A stretch of DNA of 59,742 nt from Clostridia bacterium (GTDB lineage: Bacteria > Bacillota > DSM-521 > Neomoorellales > JACIYF01). Of the stretch, positions 26,055 to 36,698 are shown one piece after another. Each line of letters starts with the position of its first letter. The stretch's first letter is position 1. The DNA lies in assembly GCA_014360065.1 (NCBI GenBank), contig JACIYF010000004.1, positions 1-59,742 of the forward strand, given 5' to 3'. The notes under the pieces are model-generated. The model saw only the letters and a list, made by a program, of their open reading frames with translations, was not told where the DNA came from and searched no databases. The translations under genes and the position numbers were made by a program.

Positions 26055-27860
26055 ATGGCAAGAAAGGTTGTCTCGATGGTTTCTGCGTTCCTGCTGTTTG
26101 CCTTCCTTCTTCTGGGATGGATGACTCCGGCCTCTGCTGCGGGGCCTGGTCTGCCCGTGGAAGTCGGTTTCCAGGATACGACCGCCCACTGGGCAAAGGC
26201 CTACATCTACGACCTCGCGAGCTACGGTGCCATAAGCGGGTTTGCCGACAACACCTTCCGGCCTGAGGCCAACGTCACCCGCGCCCAGTTCGCCAAGATG
26301 CTGGTGGCCGCCACCCAGGCGGTGCGGGAGGCGGCTTCCTACCGGGGAAAGGACCCGCTCTTTGCGCCCATCGCGCTTGACGCTGCCTCCGCGACGTTTG
26401 CCGACGTCCGGGGAAGCTCCATGGACTGGGCCCGCCCCTACATCGGCGGGGCTGTGAAGGCCGGGGTGATAAAGGGTTACTCGGATGGGCGCTTCGGGCC
26501 CAATGACTGTATAACCAGGGCCCAGCTCGCCGCTATGATCGGCAGGCTTCTCCCCGACTCGGCGGCCAAACCCGTAAGCTTCCCCGACGTTCCGTCCTGG
26601 TGCCGCAGCGAGGTGGCCAAAGCCGTCGGGGTCGGGGCAGTGTCGGGCTTCGCGGACGGCACCTTCAAACCCGACCAGCACGCCACCCGGGCCCAGGTGG
26701 CGAAGGTCATAGACGGGCTGCTTAACGGCATGGACGTCGCGCCCACGGTCGCCGAGGTCCACTTCATCGACGTCGGGGAAGCGGACGCCATTTTTGCCAG
26801 GCTCCCCGGAGGGCGCACCATGATGGTCGATGCCGGGAATAACGAGGACGGGGCGTTCCTGGTGGACTACCTCCGCAAGGCCGGAGTCGAGAGGATCGAT
26901 GCCTTCATCGCCACCCACCCCCACGAGGACCACATCGGGGGCGCCGGTGAAGTGGTCAAAAACTTTCAGGTGGCGCGCGCATACCTCCCCGATGTGACCC
27001 ACAGCTCCGCAAGCTATCAGGAGTTCCTGAATGCCCTCATGAGCCGCAGCGTGCCGGTGACCAAAGCCGCCTCCGGGGTAACGGTGTTCGATGCGCCGGG
27101 GCTCTCGGTCAGGCTCCTTGCCCCCTGCGGAACCGCGTACGAGGACATCAACAACTACTCGGCGGTGGCGAAGGTCCAGGTCCGCGAGACCGCATTTCTC
27201 CTTGCCGGGGATGCGGAGGACGTATCGGAAAACGAGATGCTTGCCTCCGGTGCCGACCTTTCCGCTGCGGTGCTGAAGGTCGGCCACCACGGGTCGGAGT
27301 CGCCCACCACTCCCGCGTTCCTTGCGGCCGTGAGGCCGAAGTACGCGGTCATTTCGGTCGGTGCCGGGAACAGCTACGGCCATCCGGCGGCGGAGGCTCT
27401 CGCCCGGCTTTCTGCGGCGGGCGCTAAGGTCTTCCGCACCGACCGGGACGGCACGGTGGTGTTCACCACGGGTGGCCGGTGGATCTCGGTGGCTAAGTTG
27501 CTCGCCGGCAACCCCGACCGGCCGGTAACCGGGCCCCCGGGCGGGACTGAACCTGCGCCTTCAGAAGTAAAAATCACAGGGAAGGACCTTGCAGCCGAGG
27601 TGGTGACCGTCACCAATAAGGGGAGCACGGCGGTCAACCTCCAGGGCTGGAAGCTGGTCAGCGAGGCCGGAAACCAGACCTATATCTTCCCGGCAGTTAC
27701 CCTCCAACCCGGCGCCTCGGTGCGGGTGTGGAGCGGGCCGAACGCCAAGGACAGCCCGCCCACCGACCTGAAGTGGACGACGGCAAACATCTGGAACAAA
27801 AGCGGGGACCCGGCGGCGCTCTACGATGCAGCAGGAAGGCTGGTAGATAGGGTGCCGTAG
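26055..27860 (+). CDS. SLH-domain cell-surface ComEC-type MBL-fold hydrolase with C-terminal lamin-tail domain
   Basis: Signal peptide from MARKVVSMVSAFLLFAFLLLGW. SLH repeats. MBL motifs VHFIDVGEADA, THPHEDHIGG, GDAE, KVGHHGS, YGHP. LTD pattern EVVTVTNKGSTAVNLQGWKLVSEAGNQTYIFPAVTLQPGASVRVWSG. Confidence 0.8.
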   Translation: MARKVVSMVSAFLLFAFLLLGWMTPASAAGPGLPVEVGFQDTTAHWAKAYIYDLASYGAISGFADNTFRPEANVTRAQFAKMLVAATQAVREAASYRGKDPLFAPIALDAASATFADVRGSSMDWARPYIGGAVKAGVIKGYSDGRFGPNDCITRAQLAAMIGRLLPDSAAKPVSFPDVPSWCRSEVAKAVGVGAVSGFADGTFKPDQHATRAQVAKVIDGLLNGMDVAPTVAEVHFIDVGEADAIFARLPGGRTMMVDAGNNEDGAFLVDYLRKAGVERIDAFIATHPHEDHIGGAGEVVKNFQVARAYLPDVTHSSASYQEFLNALMSRSVPVTKAASGVTVFDAPGLSVRLLAPCGTAYEDINNYSAVAKVQVRETAFLLAGDAEDVSENEMLASGADLSAAVLKVGHHGSESPTTPAFLAAVRPKYAVISVGAGNSYGHPAAEALARLSAAGAKVFRTDRDGTVVFTTGGRWISVAKLLAGNPDRPVTGPPGGTEPAPSEVKITGKDLAAEVVTVTNKGSTAVNLQGWKLVSEAGNQTYIFPAVTLQPGASVRVWSGPNAKDSPPTDLKWTTANIWNKSGDPAALYDAAGRLVDRVP

Positions 27861-27928
27861 ACAGAACAGCAGCCCCGGGGCAGCCGACTGCCCCGGGCGT
27901 TCCAAGGGGAAGGCAGTGATAGCTGCTG

Positions 27929-28276
27929 ATGAGCGGGGCAGCAAGGGGGGGCGAAAGTGTGGCGAAAATAATACAGGCATCTGTTACCATAAGCTCTGAC
28001 GGCGAAGTCGTTACTGTTTTTGCCGAGCCGACTCCGCCCTACTGGACGGCGGATCCTTGTGCCGACTGTCTCGTAGCCGTGCTGCGCGAAACTGACGGGG
28101 AGTGCGGAAGGGAGACCGGGAAAATCGCGGGGATTGAGATTATCGGGCTGAAGGATTTCACGCAGTGGGATGAAATCCCGGATCTGCCCGGGCTGTGGCA
28201 GATTGGCGGGGCGGAACCGCTGCCTATAAAGGAGCTGCTGAAAAAGATTCAGAGCTCTCTCAGGCCGCGGCCCTAG
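27929..28276 (+). CDS. hypothetical small protein
   Basis: 115-aa ORF; no motif recognised with confidence. Confidence 0.35.
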   Translation: MSGAARGGESVAKIIQASVTISSDGEVVTVFAEPTPPYWTADPCADCLVAVLRETDGECGRETGKIAGIEIIGLKDFTQWDEIPDLPGLWQIGGAEPLPIKELLKKIQSSLRPRP

Positions 28277-28312
28277 AGGAGACTGCACCGCGAATCTACC
28301 TTGGGCGGCCGG

Positions 28313-28867
28313 CTACCCGAGCTTGACCAGCACGTCGGGTGGCTCTATACCGAGCTGGTCGTCGCTCACATACCAGTCCTGGATTCCAAGCTCATCCAAC
28401 CTCCTGAGCAGTGCCGGCCAGGACACCTGGAAGATTTCCTTCAGCCGTCCCAGGTCCCGAGCGATCAGAAGCTCCCCGTGCGGGCTCAGTATGGACACTT
28501 CCCGGCGCACCCACTCTTCCGGCATGAGGAAGTTCCGCGCGAACCGGTCCGCTTCCCGGTCTTCCTCGTACCGGGTCTTGGGACGCCTTGAGCCGGGCGG
28601 CAGGTGCAGGTAAATGTGACCGAGCTCGTGGGCGGCGGTCCACCGCAGGCGGCCGCCGTTCACTTTCGAGGACAGAACGCTGAAGAATTTGCCCGTCCTC
28701 TTGCTGTAGCTTGTCGATCCGTCTACCTCCGTAAGGGGAAAAAACTCTACCTCGGCGCGCTGCTTGAGGCAGGCAAGCGAATCCACCGGGGGTTTCGCGA
28801 TCCCGAATTCCTCAAGCGCACCCAGCGCGGTCCGTATTATCTCCAGGGTCCGCGGTCGGGGAGCCAT
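28313..28867 (-). CDS. ImmA/IrrE-family zinc metallopeptidase
   Basis: HELGHIYLH (HEXXH) in a 184-aa protein encoded immediately downstream of an XRE repressor gene. Confidence 0.8.
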   Translation of the reverse strand: MAPRPRTLEIIRTALGALEEFGIAKPPVDSLACLKQRAEVEFFPLTEVDGSTSYSKRTGKFFSVLSSKVNGGRLRWTAAHELGHIYLHLPPGSRRPKTRYEEDREADRFARNFLMPEEWVRREVSILSPHGELLIARDLGRLKEIFQVSWPALLRRLDELGIQDWYVSDDQLGIEPPDVLVKLG

Positions 28868-28871
28868 CCTG

Positions 28872-29303
28872 CTATTTCTCCTTGTCGTCTTTCCCGTTGT
28901 CGCTCTTATCCAGCTGCTCTGTCCGCTCTACCCACCTCTGAATTAAGTCGGTAATTACCTTTCGATCTTGTTCCGGTATGTGCCTGGCACGGTACAGCGT
29001 TTCGATCATTTCCTCTCCCCAGGCCTCGCCTATTTGCTCCACTTTGCGGGGGGACTCTACAAGATACATATTGCTCCGGCCGAGCAGGTAATCAACACTC
29101 ACGCCCAGTGCATCTGCGAGCCGCTCTGCTGTATCTATTTTTGGTACGCTCAGCTGGCGCTCATACTGGCTGATAAGTGCAGTGCCCAGACCTGTTATCT
29201 CGCCGAGCTTCTTCTGGCTCCATCCCTTCATCTTCCGGTGATTCCGTAACCTCTCCGCAAAAACGCGCATTTCTGCGACTTTTTCGTCCCGCTGCGGTGC
29301 CAT
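28872..29303 (-). CDS. XRE-family HTH repressor (ImmR-like)
   Basis: FAERLRNHRKMKGWSQKKLGEITGLGTALISQYERQLSVPKIDTAERLADALGVSVDYLLG is a canonical Cro/C1 HTH. Confidence 0.85.
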   Translation of the reverse strand: MAPQRDEKVAEMRVFAERLRNHRKMKGWSQKKLGEITGLGTALISQYERQLSVPKIDTAERLADALGVSVDYLLGRSNMYLVESPRKVEQIGEAWGEEMIETLYRARHIPEQDRKVITDLIQRWVERTEQLDKSDNGKDDKEK

Positions 29304-29377
29304 TTATAACCACCACCCACTCTTATGGTTTCCTTAAGGTATTCTACTACATTGTTCCCAAACCTCCACTAGGGAAT

Positions 29378-29397
29378 AAATTTTTCGAGAAAAATTT
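29378..29397. promoter_or_regulatory. perfect inverted repeat AAATTTTTC-GA-GAAAAATTT in the divergent intergenic region (candidate repressor operator)
   Basis: 9-bp arms read directly from the sequence. It sits between the divergently transcribed XRE gene and the 29473 gene. Confidence 0.5.
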
Positions 29398-29408
29398 GCT
29401 ACGGGGTA

Positions 29409-29437
29409 TTGTATACCTACCCGGAATATGCTATACT
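29409..29437 (+). promoter_or_regulatory. sigma70-type promoter candidate
   Basis: TTGTAT - 17 nt - TATACT, 35 nt upstream of the 29473 start. Confidence 0.45.
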
Positions 29438-29472
29438 AACGCCTGGGTAGTAACGAGAGAGGGAGGGAGACC

Positions 29473-30357
29473 TTGAGCGGACAAGCACCCGCGAAGCAGC
29501 CACCAGACCCGGAAAAGGTAAGGGCAGTGCTCGAAAGGCTGCCGGAAGGTCAGCGGAAGATAGCAGAACTGGTAGTCGAGGGTTTATCGGTCAAAGAGAT
29601 AGCAGGGAAGCTAAACGTTAAAGCGGGTACTGTAAGGAAGCAGATATGCCGGATAGCAGACAAGCTGCGAGACCAGAAAATTGACAGGAAAAAACGCGGG
29701 GCGGAGCCTGCCCTTTTTTCAGCCCTGCGAAAGATACCTCCTGCGGAGCAGTTTCAGTTCTCCTCACAGCAGCAGACCATCATCCAAGCGAGCCGCACCT
29801 GCAGCAGCCTGTTGGAGATTAGCAAGAGCACCGGTATCCCCTATGCTAACGTGTATACCCAGGCAAAAAGGATTCGCCGCATTGTCGAAGCCAAGAAAAA
29901 GGACGTTGCTTTCCGCCAGTCCATCGGCCCCGGCCAGCGCCGCCTGCCCGAGATGACGGCCGAGGAACTACTCAAACAACTCCGGCAGGACCCGGGGCGG
30001 GTCGCAATCCTCTTCAGGCGGTACGCCTGCGCGGAAAAGGGAGACCCCGAGTTCGAGGTCGCCCTCCTGACCGCTGGAGCAGACCGGGACCGGCTCTGGC
30101 GCCAGCGCGGCAAGCTCCAGAAGATCATGGCCGTGCAGGGAAAGGACACTTACATGGCAATGAAGCTCACCCAGGAACAAGCGCGGGAGATACGCGACTG
30201 CCTGGAGTATATGAAAAAACACCCGGTCCTGGTGGACCCGGTGGAGAAGACCGTGACGTACATACTGACGCGCTCGGAGGCCGCGAGGCTCGGGCTCGAA
30301 GCCACCTCGGAGTGGAGCAAGAAGGTAAGGCAGGAGGCCAGAAGGCTCGCGGGATAG
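29473..30357 (+). CDS. HTH protein with sigma70-region-4/LuxR-type N-terminal domain
   Basis: LPEGQRKIAELVVEGLSVKEIAGKLNVKAGTVRKQICRIADKL. The rest of the 294-aa protein is unassigned. Confidence 0.6.
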   Translation: MSGQAPAKQPPDPEKVRAVLERLPEGQRKIAELVVEGLSVKEIAGKLNVKAGTVRKQICRIADKLRDQKIDRKKRGAEPALFSALRKIPPAEQFQFSSQQQTIIQASRTCSSLLEISKSTGIPYANVYTQAKRIRRIVEAKKKDVAFRQSIGPGQRRLPEMTAEELLKQLRQDPGRVAILFRRYACAEKGDPEFEVALLTAGADRDRLWRQRGKLQKIMAVQGKDTYMAMKLTQEQAREIRDCLEYMKKHPVLVDPVEKTVTYILTRSEAARLGLEATSEWSKKVRQEARRLAG

Positions 30358-30379
30358 CAAACCTAAGAAAGTAGAAAGG

Positions 30380-30412
30380 AAGGCCGCTGGGAAAAGCCCG
30401 GCGGCCTTTCTT
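30380..30412 (+). terminator. hairpin terminator candidate
   Basis: AAGGCCGC-13 nt-GCGGCCTT followed by TCTT, 23 nt after the stop of the 29473 gene. Confidence 0.45.
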
Positions 30413-30641
30413 GCTCCAAAGCCTGGACAAGAAAGGGGGCAGTAACAGGTGAAGAGGTTGCTCGTACAGGGGGCAACGACAGCAGATGAGCCCTGGGAGT
30501 CCAGGGTTAGGGTTAGACACGCGGCCCTTATTCTGGCGAAGGGAGCCATACGGGCCGAGAAAGCAGAAGAAGTGAGCGAGGGGCGAAGGGAAATAAGCGC
30601 CGATGTAGAAGCTAGGAAATCGAGCAGAAAGAGGTGAGATC

Positions 30642-32306
30642 TTGGTTAAGAAGCGCACCGGGCCCGTCACGGCCGGAGTATACATACGGCAGTCGGTGGA
30701 GAAAAGGGACAGTTGTTCGCTGGAAATGCAGGAGCGTGCCTGCCGCGAGCTGTGCGAGACCCGGGGCTGGGACGTGAAGATTTACCGCGACAGCGGGCTG
30801 TCAGGAAAGGACACCGACCGTCCTGCGCTCCAGCGGCTCATACGCGACGTGAAGAACGGCGCGATCCAGATGGTAGTGGTCTACAAGCTCGACCGCATCT
30901 CCAGGAGTCTCCTGGACCTGCTGAACCTGCTCCATCTGTTCAGCGAGCACGGGGTTGGGATCCGATCCATAACAGAGACGATGGACACCACAAGCCCTGC
31001 TGGCCGGGCCATGGTCGGCATCATCGGCTCGTTTGCCCAGTTTGAGCGCGAGATGATCCGCGACCGGGTCCGGGATAACATGCTAGACCGGGCCAAAAAC
31101 GGGATCTGGAACGGCGGGGTGCTGCCTTACGGCTACGATAGGCGAAAAACAGTTGTCTGTGTGAATGGCCGGGAAAAAACCGTAACCGAGCTGGTCCGGT
31201 CAGAAGAGGAAGCCGAAAACGTCCTCCGGTTCTTCGAGTGGTTCCTTGAGCCCCAGGGAGCAATCCGAAAGACTGCCAACCTCGCCAACGCCCACGGCAT
31301 ACGCACAAAAGGCGGAAGTCCGTGGGGAACCACGTCCATGGGACGCCTGTTGAGGAATCCGACCGTGTGCATTGCCGACAGAGACGCGCTGGAGTACTTC
31401 ACGAAAATCGGCGCTCAGATAGTCTCCCCTCCGTCGGATTTCGATGGGGTCCATGGGATCCTGCCGTACAACCGCCGCGAAGGAGTCAGGAAGACCTCCA
31501 GGCCGCGGGATGTATCCGACTGGATCATTTCAGTGGGAACCCACCTGGGCATAGTCCCGGGAAAGGTGTTTGTGGCTGCCCAGAAGAAACTGGAAGCAAG
31601 AAAACCGCCCCGTGCCGGCACCGGGTCGAAGGGCCTCCTGGCCTGGCTTGTAAAGTGCGGGTACTGCGGGAAGGCCATGAGTTTCGGCTGGTCGAGAAAA
31701 AAGGGGCGTGAGAAGGAATACAGGTACTATTCTTGCTACGGTCGGCGCGACAGACTTGCTTGCACCAACCGGCCCGTCAGAGCCGATGAGCTGGAAGAGA
31801 AGGTCCTGGATTTGATAAGAAAGGTGTGCTCCGACAGGGAGTTCCTGAACACCTGCCTGGAAGTGGCCCGCCAGGAGATCGCCAGTCAGGCAGGACCGTT
31901 GCAGGAGGAGGAGAGGAGGCTTAAGAAAAAGGCAGCCGGGCTGGAGAACCAGGAAAGGCGGCTGGTTGACGCTTTGGCCAGAGGAAACCTGCCGGTGGAT
32001 CTGGTCGAAGAGAAGATCGCTGCGCTTCGGCAGGAGATAAGAGCGGCCAGAGCCAGGCTGGAGGAGATCCGGGACGAGCTTGAGGCCGTCGGGATCCGGG
32101 ACCTTGATGCAGAGGCTGTATATGCGAGGCTGCGCAGTTTCAACGAGGTCTTTGATAACCTGGATTTTGAGGAGAAGAGAGCTTTAATCCGTGACCTCGT
32201 GGAAAAAGTGGTGGTAACCGACGACCGGGTAGTGGTCCACCTGTACTACATGCCGCAATCTCTGGCCAATGGCGCACCTGCCTCAGTCCTTGCTGAAGCC
32301 GGGTGA
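30642..32306 (+). CDS. large serine recombinase (integrase)
   Basis: 554 aa. Resolvase catalytic N-terminus (AGVYIRQSVEKRD.., VVYKLDRISRS, FAQFEREMIRDRV), recombinase domain, Cys cluster (CGYCGK..YYSCYGRR..C) and C-terminal coiled coil. Confidence 0.9.
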   Translation: MVKKRTGPVTAGVYIRQSVEKRDSCSLEMQERACRELCETRGWDVKIYRDSGLSGKDTDRPALQRLIRDVKNGAIQMVVVYKLDRISRSLLDLLNLLHLFSEHGVGIRSITETMDTTSPAGRAMVGIIGSFAQFEREMIRDRVRDNMLDRAKNGIWNGGVLPYGYDRRKTVVCVNGREKTVTELVRSEEEAENVLRFFEWFLEPQGAIRKTANLANAHGIRTKGGSPWGTTSMGRLLRNPTVCIADRDALEYFTKIGAQIVSPPSDFDGVHGILPYNRREGVRKTSRPRDVSDWIISVGTHLGIVPGKVFVAAQKKLEARKPPRAGTGSKGLLAWLVKCGYCGKAMSFGWSRKKGREKEYRYYSCYGRRDRLACTNRPVRADELEEKVLDLIRKVCSDREFLNTCLEVARQEIASQAGPLQEEERRLKKKAAGLENQERRLVDALARGNLPVDLVEEKIAALRQEIRAARARLEEIRDELEAVGIRDLDAEAVYARLRSFNEVFDNLDFEEKRALIRDLVEKVVVTDDRVVVHLYYMPQSLANGAPASVLAEAG

Positions 32307-32816
32307 GTTAGTAGTTTAGAACCGCACGGTTGCCTATGCGGCTACTTGGGCAGCAAGGTTAGAGACTGTTCCTGTACCCCATTGCAAATCCAGCAGTACT
32401 GGAAACGAGTATCTGGCCCATTGCTGGATCGCATTGATATGTACATTGAAGTACCATGGATCGACTACCAGGAGTTCACTTCCCTGTCTGAACCAGAAAG
32501 CTCGCTGAGCATACGGTCCCGAGTGGAGGAGGCAAGAAAGAAGCAAAGGGAACGGTATGAAAAGGTAGGAGTGCAGTCGAATGCTGACCTGCCGTCCAGG
32601 CTGTTGTCTCGTTACTGTCGGCTGGGGCCGGGAGCCAGGGAGTTGATGCGCCAGGCGTTCAGTAGCTTGGGCCTTTCTCTCCGGGGCCACGATCGAGTCT
32701 TGCGAGTGGCAAGGACTATAGCTGATCTCGATAACAGCGAGCTAGTCCAAGAGGATCATTTGGCTGAAGCGCTTCAATATCGAAGCCTAGATCGAAGGGC
32801 CTGGCAGGTAAGTTAG
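32307..32816 (+). pseudogene. comM: 3' fragment of comM/yifB (Mg-chelatase-like AAA+ competence protein)
   Basis: ..CLCGYLGSKVRDCSCTPLQIQQYWKRVSGPLLDRIDMYIEVP....GHDRVLRVARTIADLDNSELVQEDHLAEALQYRSLDR is the C-terminal third of ComM/YifB. The frame is open back to the recombinase stop. No N-terminal AAA+ part occurs anywhere in the window. Confidence 0.85.
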
Positions 32817-33030
32817 ATTTGCAAAAATTACGGCTGCAGGAATAAATCTCCAATCGCTGGCCAATGCTATTGCAGAGATGAATTGATTTGCTTATACTGT
32901 TAATGCGTTGGCTGGGAGGCATGGGGAGAGCAAAGTAGCTGGTCGGCGGCGGTAAAGAACTAAAATATTTGCCGATATATCTTATAGTACGTGTAGTACG
33001 TGTTATCGACATGCTGAGGAGGTTTCGATT

Positions 33031-33813
33031 ATGCAAACATTGTTGGAAAAGACTCGAGCTCTTAACCGATTGCTGCAAAAAACCGCAGGATTGCCGGTAG
33101 AGTTTGACGAAATGGCTAAGGTTTTGAGCGAAATGATTCAGTGCAACTGTTACATTGTTGGCAAGCATGGAAAGATACTAGGATATGCATTCGGCGAAGG
33201 TTTTGCCTGCGAAGTTATGGAAGACATTGTATACCGCTCTGAGCGTTTCCCAGCCGAATACAATGAGGAGCTCCTTAAAATCAATGAAACCCAGGCCAAC
33301 TTTAGCCAGATATCCAACGCTTGTGTTTTCAACAAGGAAGAAACCTGCGCGTTTAGCAACAAGTTGACCACCATTGTGCCTGTGGTTGGAGGTGGTCAGA
33401 GGCTCGGTACTCTAGTATTGGCTAGGTTTAATGAGCAGTTTACCCCTGAAGATTTAGTTTTAGCTGAGTACGGTGCTACCATTGTGGCTATGGAGATCAT
33501 GCGGTCTAAGGCAGAAAAGATTGAGGAAGAAGCCCGCAAAAAGGCAGCCGTGCATGTGGCTTTAAATACCCTTTCATACTCCGAGTTGGAGGCGGTTAGC
33601 CACATATTCGAGGAGCTAGAAGGTAACGAAGGTGTATTGGTCGCTAGCAAAATTGCTGACCGGGCTGGTATTACCCGCTCAGTTATCGTAAACGCCCTGC
33701 GCAAATTTGAGAGTGCTGGGGTAATCGAATCCAAGTCGCTAGGTATGAAAGGGACTTACATCAGGGTATTAAACGATTATTTGCTGGAAGAACTACAAAG
33801 GCTCCGCCAATAG
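33031..33813 (+). CDS. codY: GTP-sensing transcriptional pleiotropic repressor CodY
   Basis: 260 aa. [17 protein letters not shown].. GAF-like N-terminus and C-terminal w[33 protein letters not shown]. Confidence 0.95.
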   Translation: MQTLLEKTRALNRLLQKTAGLPVEFDEMAKVLSEMIQCNCYIVGKHGKILGYAFGEGFACEVMEDIVYRSERFPAEYNEELLKINETQANFSQISNACVFNKEETCAFSNKLTTIVPVVGGGQRLGTLVLARFNEQFTPEDLVLAEYGATIVAMEIMRSKAEKIEEEARKKAAVHVALNTLSYSELEAVSHIFEELEGNEGVLVASKIADRAGITRSVIVNALRKFESAGVIESKSLGMKGTYIRVLNDYLLEELQRLRQ

Positions 33814-33889
33814 GCCCAGGGCGAAAAATGACGCCGGTGGGTTGCAGATTTGGGCTAGTCGGCTAGCATCGGCGGTTAGTTGGGGATTA

Positions 33890-33918
33890 TTGCGCCAGAT
33901 TCCCAACTTTGCTATACT
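33890..33918 (+). promoter_or_regulatory. sigma70-type promoter candidate for rpsB-tsf
   Basis: TTGCGC - 17 nt - TATACT, about 100 nt upstream of rpsB. Confidence 0.5.
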
Positions 33919-34019
33919 GATCAAGGCTCATTACGCACCCTATTGGACCATACAGCGGTGCCCAAAGGGTCCTGTACTGGGATGATGAGAGGGGCGGCTA
34001 AACCATAAGGAGGAGTATC

Positions 34020-34805
34020 ATGTCAATCATTACCATGAAACAGCTTTTGGAAGCTGGGGTTCACTTTGGCCATCAGACTCGCCGTTGGAACCCCAAAATG
34101 GCGCGGTATATCTTTACGGAGCGCAATGGCATTTACATTATTGACCTGCAGAAGACAGTAAAAAGGGTAGAAATTGCTTATGAAGTTGTTAGGGAAACAG
34201 TGAGGGCAGGAAAAAGTGTCCTGTTTGTCGGTACCAAGAAGCAGGCCCAAGAATCCATCAGGGAAGAAGCTGAACGCTGCGGGCAATTTTATGTTAACCG
34301 CCGGTGGCTAGGGGGTACGCTGACTAATTTCCAAACCATCCGCAAGCGTATTGAGCGACTCAACCAATTAGAAACCATGGAACAAGAAGGAACCCTGGCC
34401 ATGTTTCCCAAGAAAGAAGCAGCCGCATTGCTGGCGGAGAAGGCCAAGCTAGAAAAGTTTCTCGGCGGAATCAAAGGCATGCGAGAGCTTCCGGGGATTG
34501 TTTTTATTGTCGATCCGCGCAAGGAAAAGATAGCTGTCGCTGAGGCCCGCCGCCTGGATATACCTATCATTGCCATTGTTGACACCAATTGTGATCCGGA
34601 TGAAATTGACTATGTTATCCCCGGAAATGATGATGCTATCCGAGCGGTTAGGTTGTTGTCGAGCAAGATCGCTGATGCTGCTCTGGAAGGGTTACAAGAA
34701 CGAGCTGCCGATGAGGCGGACCAACTGGAATCGAGCGATGAAAAGTCAAAAGTGGCGTCTGCCTCAGATGTTGACGAAGGGATGGATAACGTTGATCTCG
34801 GCTGA
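34020..34805 (+). CDS. rpsB: 30S ribosomal protein S2
   Basis: [38 protein letters not shown]. Confidence 0.97.
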   Translation: MSIITMKQLLEAGVHFGHQTRRWNPKMARYIFTERNGIYIIDLQKTVKRVEIAYEVVRETVRAGKSVLFVGTKKQAQESIREEAERCGQFYVNRRWLGGTLTNFQTIRKRIERLNQLETMEQEGTLAMFPKKEAAALLAEKAKLEKFLGGIKGMRELPGIVFIVDPRKEKIAVAEARRLDIPIIAIVDTNCDPDEIDYVIPGNDDAIRAVRLLSSKIADAALEGLQERAADEADQLESSDEKSKVASASDVDEGMDNVDLG

Positions 34806-35382
34806 ACAGGTCAAAGAGCTTAGAGCGAAAACTGGTGCTGGAATGATGGATTGTAAACAGGCACTAGTTGAAGCTGGTGGTGACTTTAACAAGGCAGTAG
34901 ATATACTTCGAGAAAAGGGCATTGCGGCTGCAGCTAAGAAGGCGGGGAGGGCAACCGGCCAGGGCCTGGTTGAAGCATACGTTCACGGAAACCGCATTGG
35001 CGTGCTAGTTGAGGTAAACTGCGAAACTGACTTTGTGGCTAATACCAAGGAATTCCGAAACTTATGCCATGACCTGGCCATGCAGATAGCAGCGGCAAGG
35101 CCGAGTTATGTTCGGCGCGAGGAAGTGCCGGAAGAAGTGGTAGCGCATGAGCGGGAAGTATTAAGAAATCAGGCGCTAAGAGAAGGGAAACCCGAGAAAA
35201 TAGTGGATAAGATTGTTGAGGGACGGCTAAACAAGTTTTTCGAAGAAGCCTGCCTTGAAGAACAACCCTTCATTAAAGACCCCAATAAAAAGGTTTCTCA
35301 GGTCGTAAAAGAAGCCATCGCACTTCTGGGCGAGAATATAGTTATCAGGCGCTTCGCCAGGTTGCAGCTGGGCGAGGAGTAG
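34792..35382 (+). CDS. tsf: elongation factor Ts (short form)
   Basis: [45 protein letters not shown] 34792 is in frame and overlaps the rpsB stop. The ORF-track start at 34570 lies inside rpsB. Confidence 0.9.
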   Translation: MISAEQVKELRAKTGAGMMDCKQALVEAGGDFNKAVDILREKGIAAAAKKAGRATGQGLVEAYVHGNRIGVLVEVNCETDFVANTKEFRNLCHDLAMQIAAARPSYVRREEVPEEVVAHEREVLRNQALREGKPEKIVDKIVEGRLNKFFEEACLEEQPFIKDPNKKVSQVVKEAIALLGENIVIRRFARLQLGEE

Positions 35383-35419
35383 TAGAGACCGGGGAGCGTG
35401 TGGAGGTTTTATAACCTAA

Positions 35420-36698
<1,279 letters not shown>

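Noticed and set aside
24945-27383. 812-aa ORF on the minus strand, the longest ORF in the window
   Set aside because: It runs antisense to two well-supported SLH-protein genes in G+C-rich DNA. Its translation is R/G/P/H-rich with no motif or RBS. This is a typical shadow ORF.
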